This document shows, in pieces, positions 39,401-48,400 of a stretch of 64,000 bases of DNA; position 1 is the first letter of the stretch, and each line of letters opens with the position of its first letter. Under the pieces are notes generated by a model. The model saw only the letters and a program-made list of their open reading frames with translations, had not been told where the DNA came from and ran no database searches. This stretch comes from Aplysia californica (lineage: Eukaryota), in assembly GCF_000002075.1 (NCBI RefSeq), contig NW_004797726.1, positions 542,335-606,334 on the forward strand. Direction: 5' to 3'. The translations under genes and the position numbers were made by a program.

Positions 39401-42400
39401 TTTCTTAGACACTTGTTCAAGAAAACTTGGATCCTCTTTATGCAAGTCTGTGATGCATTCCATGTCTCACATCCATACAACAGGACTGATTTCACATTTG
39501 AATTGAAAATCCTCAGCTTTGTTCGAAGTGAGATATCTGGTCTTCCAAATCCCATTCAAAGATATGAAAGCAGCCTGTGTCCCGGCACTAGATGACCATT
39601 TTTGTGTTGATGTGCTTCTCTTTACTCAAAGTTCAAAGTGTTCTTACTAAAACTATTAGAAAGCGTGTTTGATCTTGTTTTTTCCATATACATATGAAAT
39701 GAATTGTCTAAGATCATGTTCTAATGTGTGGGGGTTTTTTTCTGTCTGGTGTTTCTCAGCTGTCGAATGTCTCGACCACGGACACAGGAGAGTACTCTTG
39801 TGTGGCCACCAGTGAGCTCGGCACTGTCGTCACCCGAGCAATGCTGTCTGTACTGGGTGAGTTACTGTCGTTTTCCCGTTGGTGGTTGCTGGAAAGACTG
39901 TTTTTCATTAACTAACAGGGAGATAGCGTGAAGTCTCCAAAAGGTTCAGAAATGTTTTTTGTGTATTTTGAAAGTTTTGTTGTTTTTAAAAAAAATTAAA
40001 TTATTGTGGGGTAGTGAGGATCTTCCATCAAATATCTTCTGCGTTCCTTTGCTAGAGCTCAAAGGGTAACTGACTGTAAGATTTTCACAGTGAAGTTGAT
40101 TTTTACATATTTGAGCATTATATCTACATGAGATGAAGAATTATCCTTTACCTGAGAGGTAACCACGTGGCATTTTCAATGGTACTCTTGATATTTATGC
40201 TGACTTGAGTGGTTTCATTTCTGAGTTTGAATTAATTTTGAATTTTACCCTGACAGATGCCCGACTGGTCTTGCACTCTTCAATTTTAGAACCGCCATAT
40301 AAGCTTTGAGGTGTGGAACTTCCACGTGTCCTCTGAATGTTTTTGTCCTTATTGGAGAAGACTAGGTGCTGGATCCTTCCTACTTTAAGATCAGGTGGTG
40401 TAGAAAACATGAGAAAAGAGCAAACATTTTTTAAATCTGTTTTAATTCATATCAGTCTTTAAAATGGGTTAGTCTTCCACTGCTCAATGAGTATTTGTCC
40501 AGTTCTGCGTTGAACCTAAAATGTATTATGAGTTTGGCCCTCTGTGAGACTGAATTTGACATCTGGTGTTCATGGTCAAATGCCTTCCTCAGACCGGCCA
40601 GGGCCCCCCGGACTGCCTGTGATAAGGAACCAGGTGGGGACGGCCGTACACCTGGAGTGGGCCCCGCCCGTCAACGCTCAGACCATGGCCTCCATGAGCT
40701 CGGGTGTGCCTGTACAGATACAGGGCTACACAGTGGAGTACAGGGAGGCTGGTGAGTTCTGCTGCTGTGCTCTGGCAATGTGTCTGTATTTGTCCTTGTG
40801 CCTCTTTGTCTTTGTCATTCTCTCTGCCTGTCTTTGTCTGTGTTTGTGTGCCTGTCTTTTCTTGTTGTATGNNNNNNNNNNNNNNNNNNNNNNNNNNNNN
40901 NNNNNNNNNNNNNNNNNNNNNNNNNNNNNNNNNNNNNNNNNNNNNNNNNNNNNNNNNNNNNNNNNNNNNNNNNNNNNNNNNNNNNNNNNNNNNNNNNNNN
41001 NNNNNNNNNNNNNNNNNNNNNNNNNNNNNNNNNNNNNNNNNNNNNNNNNNNNNNNNNNNNNNNNNNNNNNNNNNNNTGTGCCTGATCTGCAACAGGGAAT
41101 TGCTGCTTTTTCTTTCCTAATCCTTACTATTGTCATTTTCCTCTACTTCTTTTGTATGTTTGTCACTCTCTTGTGACCTGCTATTTCCGGGGTGCCTTGG
41201 TAGTCGAAGCAGACCTTGTGCTGTTGAAGCTAGAGGGGTGAGCAGAGTAAGTCTGATTCCCTGTAAGGAGTTCTCTGTTGACGCCCACCCCTTGGCTCTC
41301 ATATGACCTTATGCAGTTTCTTGCGCCGCAAAACCCTCTACTAAATTATTTTTTAAAAATCTATCTCTCTATCTGTCTATCTATCTATCTATCTATCTCA
41401 CATACTCCTATAATCAATCATACAGGTTACTTGTCACTTATTATTTTAGCTGTAAGCATCCTTATATGTTGTTAAGACCGGTAACTCACATCATAATTTT
41501 CCCCATATGCATACAGAACTACAAATCATAGGTTGTAATTTGATGGATTTTAATTTTTGCAGGTTATAAATGAAAAAGTGTATGTTCTTGTCATAGTAAC
41601 ATATTTTGATTTTTGATGAATTGTGTATATATATAGACTCTATATGACATTTTTCACCTCAAAATGGTATGTGTTTAAAACAATAATAATATGTGTGTTG
41701 CATCCACATAATAACATTGGCGTGCTAACTTTAACAAATCATATATGTTTCCAGGTGCCACAGCCTGGCAGTTGGCCATCCCCTATGTGCCCAACACTTC
41801 TCAAGTCATTGGCGACCTGGAACCTGGCATTACCTACCAATTCCGTGTCAGCGCCAATAACGCTATAGGCATCAGTGAGCCAAGCAAGTCTTCGAACTAT
41901 GTGGCCATACCCAGTGAATATGGTAAGTTGCAGTCAAGTAATTGCACAATCAAACATGTCTCAAGAGAAACACCCATTGTTCATGAGGAGAGGGGTTATC
42001 TTAGACAAGTGGTCCTCTTGGACAGTGTCACCTTTAGTTTAGTTTTAGTACAAGTTTTACAGCACTTGCAACACAATAAGGTCATATAAGTATGGAAGAT
42101 TAGAGGTGTTACAAGGGAGTAACAAACTCAAAAAATAAGGAGGGGAGGTAAGGACGATAGATGTTCAATAGGAAAGAAGAAGCGAACCACACCAGAGTAC
42201 CTGCCGACTGCTCTCACAGTGTATTCATAATATAGGAAAAAAACACAAATGGTAAATCTAAAGTGGTCATTTGTACAGGTGGTTGTCTTGGACAGGTGGT
42301 CTTTAAACAGGTTTGACTGTATTTCAGAGTTTTGTTTGGTCAGTTTATACTGTAATGAAGACACTGATATATGATAAACATGGCCAGGCTATGACGAATG

Positions 42401-45400
42401 TGAATTGCCTTATGTCCCTCACTACCAACTTAGTTTTTGTCATTGTCATAACAAAATGATTGTGATAAAATATCGTGCAAAAATGACATAGGTTATGATT
42501 GATGTGCTTTAATCTTTGTATGTACTATTACATGTAACTTAAAATAATTGTATTGAGGCAAGCTAGTTTATACTGATGTCAGGACTAATGTGTTGTGACA
42601 TACATTTTTGTTGTGTGTGCTTAAGGCTTTATTATTTGATGTGACTACTGTGTTATGATTAGTTTGTAGAGACATTTGGTTTATGACACATGTGTTATTT
42701 AGTAACCTGTGTCGAGAAATCTGTTGACCAAGATGTGATTTTTATCTGTCTGTCTACAGAGCTCAGTGAGAGAGAGGACGCCCCATGTGTCATGTGGAAG
42801 TCCACTTTTGAGAACGACTTCACTGACCTTGGCGAGATAGGGAAGTAAGTGTCAGCAGTCACACCATCGTGATAAATACTTCTCAAGATTGTGGTCTTGA
42901 CCCAGAGTAATATTGTGTAGGATTGCACAAGACGAAGGGGTTTAGTGTGTTAAGTGGTTGATTCAATAATTCCAGTACTTTCTGCCTTTCCAGTAAAAAT
43001 CAGAATTAGCCCATTTTTGTTAAAGTCAGGGCACTCTCTTAATTTGCAACAGTACCTGTAAAATATCCCTATGAAATTAATCAAGAGGAAAAACCAACTG
43101 TAATCCCCAAAGAATAAGCTAAGTTCATCATGAAAAAGTGAAATATAGGGTGGGTCTTGGTAGGGTCAATGTTACTTAGCTTGTTTTTCCCTTGACCCCT
43201 TCATATATTTGAAGCACCAATTTTTACCCTTGTTTTGTTTCACTTTGACGTTGGATTCTTTTTGTAAGTGTTTTGATTACCAAATGAGTTTGAACCAGTA
43301 TCGTGTCCATCTTATGCAAAAATGAAAACTGAAATAAATATTCAGTTTCTATTTCACTTCAAGTTTTTAAAGAATTTGTGAGCTAAAATTATATTTGCAT
43401 ACCAGAAAATCATATTGTGCAACGAATTGTTTCAAAGGGTTTAATAAAAAGGGTCATAGTTTTTGGATAAATAGTATTATTCAGACACAAAAATCACCAG
43501 GATGGAGAAGCTGAAATTGATTTTTTGATGGTCGTTTTTTCTGAACCCTGAAGGCAGTATGATTCTGATGCTTAAGAGGGAGTTGTTATCGGAACATGTT
43601 TGGTAGAAAAGGTCGTATTCACAAGTATTTGTTTAGAAAAGGTCGTATTCACAAGTATTTGTTTAGAAAAGGTCGTATTCACAAGTATTTGTTTAGAAAA
43701 GGTCGTATTCACAAGTATTTGTTTAGAAAAGGTCGTATTCACAAGTATTTGTTTAGAAAAGGTCGTATTCACAAGTATTTGTTTAGAAAAGGTCGTATTC
43801 ACAAGTATTTGTTTAGAAAAGGTCGTATTCACAAGTATTTGTTTAGAAAAGGTCGTATTCACAAGTATTTGTTTAGAAAAGGTCGTATTCACAAGTATTT
43901 GTTTAGAAAAGGTCGTATTCACAAGTACAGTCGAACCTGTGTAAGACTGCCACTCATTGTCAAGGGGAAAAGTGGCCGTATAAGACAGGTGGCCGTCTTA
44001 GGCAGGACTGATCAAGATGAAGAAAACAAACCATTTCTTTCTGAGGTCCCAACCGAAGATAGCCGCTTTGTTGTTGTTGTTATTGTTTTCGTTGTTTTTT
44101 GTTCTTTTTTTTTTTTTGTTGCTGCTTTTGTGCAAGGGTGACAATAAAACGAAATATGTCAGACAGGGAGGACCGAGTGCTATGGTAAAACAAACACACG
44201 GGTTGCCACCACTCGCAGAACGAGCGACGCTTCTGTCTCAAGTTCATGTTGACGTCCATTGTTACTTTGTTACAGACTGGGTAAACAGTGACCGCTCATC
44301 TCACTTACGATTTGTGTATGAGTTCTGAGCGGGGCTTACTTAAAGGTTATGAGAGATCGCACGCTGACCCCAATGGCAGCTGAAAATTTGTTACCTATTG
44401 GTCAACAGTGGGAGGGGCCTACGCAACATGATCGGTTGGAGGGACTACCTAACAACAACGACAGGTGATTGAATTATGACGGCTCGCCAACAACGCCAGG
44501 GGCCACTGCACAATTTATGACAAAATGTATTGGAGTCACAAAGGTGGCCGTCTAAGACAGGTGTTATTGCTTTGTGTGATAGGGGTTGTGTGTTAAAATA
44601 TGGTGGCCGTGGCCGAGTTGGACAGGTGCCCGTTTTACACAGTTAAATTGTATAGAAAAAATGCAAGGGGGGGAAATGGAAAGTGGCCGTTTGTACAGGT
44701 GGTCGTCTTATAGAGGTGGCCATCAGGGCAGGTTCGACTGTATTTGTTTTATAGTGTGTGTTTTTTTTTGTGTTGAAAGCTTACATTTGGGGGCTAATTA
44801 GATGATTCATGTAAAAAAACAAATTATAAAGTGTGTTTGTATTGAAAACAAATGACTAAAAACGGCAGCCATTTTGTTTTTCTTTTTGAACGAGTTATTT
44901 TTTTGGGTCAAAAGTTTTTTCTTATTTTTAATCAAATAAATTTGAAATATTGCAGGTAGACACTACAAGATATGATAAAACTTTACACCAAAGATTTTTC
45001 TGATTGAATAATTATTTTGATTTTGATTTATTGATAAGATATTTCAAAATCTACATTTTGACTGCCTAGTGGAAGATTCTGCTATACGGGTACGCCATTT
45101 TGAAAAGTGAAGAATGACTGAGTCCTTCACTGAGCAGTCAATTTGCCCATAGAATTGAGGTTGTTTTTTTTATTGCACTTGCCCTTAAGTTTTTGCCTTT
45201 TCCCATTTCCCTAGGGGCAGGTTCTCCATCGTCCATCGATGTGTCCAGAAGTGCTCGGGCCAGGAGCTGGCGGTCAAGCTGATCACCAAGCGACTGACCA
45301 GGAAGGAGGCTGCGGAGATTGAGTTCAACACGGTGCAGAGTCTGCAGCAGACCAACCTAGTCAAAGTGTTTGATCTGTACGAGAGCCCAGCCCATTACCT

Positions 45401-48400
45401 CATCATCATGCAGCTGTGAGTGGACGGGGTTTTCCTTACTTCATAAGTGTGTTTGTGGGTGGGTGGATGGTAGGTGTGTTTGTGGGTGGGTAGATGGTAG
45501 GTGTGTTTGTGGGTGGGTGGATGGTAGGTGTGTTTGTGGGTGGGTAGATGGTAGGTGTGTTTGTGGGTGGGTAGATGGTAGGTGTGTTTGTGGGTGGGTA
45601 GATGGTTGGGGGACGTCAGTGTGGTAATCTGTTTTTCTGTGTGACTATTTATGTGGGGGGGTTTTGTTGTGTATTTTGAGAGGAAACGGTGATGGGAGGG
45701 AGGATTTGGTATTCGTTTTTATGTTGTAGGATAAGTAAGGCAGATCAACACCACACTTTAAAAAAGGGAAAGGCAATGCTATTTTCTGTGAGTTGTGGCA
45801 TTTGTTGAATGGCATTAGTTATATTTTGTGTACATATGAGTTTATACACATAATTGTTGGAATGGAGAAGTGTAAAGTTGGGGACCCTCAAAGACTATCT
45901 AAAAATATGTTTTTTGGGGGATGATGGCAATTGTTTATGTGGATGTGTATATATAAATGTGTTCATATTTTTGTTTCCTCCTTACAGTCTTGATATTATG
46001 AAATAACTTGTCAAGATTATTTATCATCTCAAAAGCTTTTTTTTGGTGTACTTTTTAATGGTTTAATCTAATTTCTTTTGATCAGATTGGATCAGGGCCG
46101 ACTGCTGGAGTTCATCTGTGGAAAACATCATTTTGACGAACTGCTGGCTGCGGAGTACCTGGCACAGCTGCTGGACTGTCTGCAGTACCTGCACAACTGT
46201 CGTATTGCTCACCTGGATGTGAAGGTGAGAACTGTTGGACTTTTTATGCTACGAGTGTTGTGCCATGATTATCGAGGAGCATGCTGATCCTGAAATAGTC
46301 TGAAACAGCAGATGCATTGTTCTTGATCAGACATTGACGGATGAACTATTATGGGTGTGGTATTGTGTTTATACGATGTTGATGAATTATTGTAAATAAA
46401 GTTTGGATGAATTATTGTAAATAATGTATATTTTGTACTTGCCGTCATACTCTACATTTTCTAAAAAGGAATCAGAAAAAGTGCTTTTTATCATTGGAAG
46501 GGATTTGTTTTTTAAACAGTGGAAGTGGTATTCAATAATTTTTTTTTTAATCAATGAAAGTTTTGGGGTTTTTTTTTCGTTTTTTTTAAATCAATGAAAG
46601 TGATATGTTATAATGTCTTTATCAATGAAAATGATGTTATTGTTTCTTCATCAATGAAAGTGATATGTTATAGTTTTTTATCAATGAAAATGAAAGGATA
46701 TTTGACTACTTTTTATCGATAAAGGTGGTGTTTTATCATTTTAAAAGTTTTATCTTAATACCTTGTGTTTCAGCCGGAGAACCTGATGGTGGAGGTGTCG
46801 CCGACCATGGTGCTCCTCAAAATTGTGGACTTTGGCGACGCCCGGCACATCTACAACAACTACTACATCCATCCGATGATTGGCCACCCGGAGTTCACCA
46901 GCCCAGAGGTGGTCAGCGGCACGCCAGTCGGCCTTCTCACAGATATCTGGTCAGTTTACGTATTTATAGGAGGTTGGGAGTTTTCTTGTGTTTTGTCTAA
47001 GAAGTGTGCAGGGTTTGTACAGGTCTTACAAAACTGGAATACTGGTGGAATTTTGTTTTTATTTTCCAAGCTATAGAAAACTCTTGGAATTTGGGAAAAT
47101 TGGTAAAATTCTTCGGAAAGTCTTATAAAAACAAATTTTTAGCTAGATCTATTGTAAAAATATTTCGTAAAAGTTTAGAAGGCCTCAACTTTACGCTTTC
47201 TGAAGTGTAACATAATGTATATTTGCATGCTGAATGAAATTTTTCTTCCGAAATGACATGTTATTCATCTTGGAAAAAAGAAATCTGGTTTTGAAAATTC
47301 TTGGAAAAGTCTTGGAAAAAAAATCTCCTGCTCAGTATGAACCCTGAGTGTGTGTTAGTTTGTTTATGTATGTTTGTTCACAGATATCTTATTAGTTTGC
47401 AATGTAATGGAGGGGATTTATTATTGTGTGTGTATATATGTGTGTATTTTTATTCTTCTATGCTTGTTCACGATATCTGGTCAGTTTACGCTGTCACAGA
47501 GGGGATTTAGTCTTGTGTTGACATGAGTGTGTGTGGTTGTGTATTATTTTGTTTTTGTGTGTTTGTTATTAGATATCAGATCTGGTTTATATTTGCTGTG
47601 TCGCAGTATTTAATCTTTTGGTTGTGTATGTGTATATTTTGTATGCTCTTTTGGATCAATGTCTGTCGTATTGCGTGGATGGTTGGAGGGTGCCTCTGGT
47701 ATGTCTAACTGCGTTTATGTCATCACATATAGACACACATGAATGCGTAGATTGACCTGTAATTGTTACTCTTGCATGGAGATTAGCAATAAATACATTC
47801 TCTTAACTTCCTCCTCATATTGATTTCCTCTCTGTCTCCTTTCATTTCCCCAGGAGTGTTGGTGTCTTCTTGTATGTCCTGTTGAGTGGAGTTTCGCCGT
47901 TTTTGGACGAGAGCCAAGAAGAAACCTGTTCCAATATCGTACGTAATGACTTCTGCTTCCCTGATGAGTACTTTGCTGGTATCTCTCCAGAGGCAAAAGA
48001 CCTGGTCCGCTTTATGCTGGTGGAGGAGGTCGGGTAAGTCGGCTCTCATGGACAAATTGCTACCACAGAGTTACAAAGTTTTATCTTCTCAGTTCTTGGT
48101 TTAAATTTTCACAAAAAGTCAAACTTTTTTTATTGCAGTTTTTTAAAAATATCTTAATAACGACTCTGAATAATCTAACGATTTTTTATACTGCAGACAG
48201 AACATTTGTTTTCTGACCTCATGGTATTAGTAATTCAAAACGACCAAAAATGTCAAATAGAATGTTGTAATTTATTTGTATTGCAAGTGTTGCAAAACCA
48301 AAAGTAAACCTCTGATTTTCAACTCTTATGTAAACTATTTGTGTTGCTTAAAGTGAAACATGTTATACAATATTTATGCCTACAGTAAACGCCCTACAGC

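Noticed and set aside
43604-43927. CRISPR-like 30-bp repeats and three repetitive ORFs
   Set aside because: Units are contiguous with no spacers, no cas genes are present and the context is a eukaryotic intron; the ORFs are artefacts of a stop-free unit.
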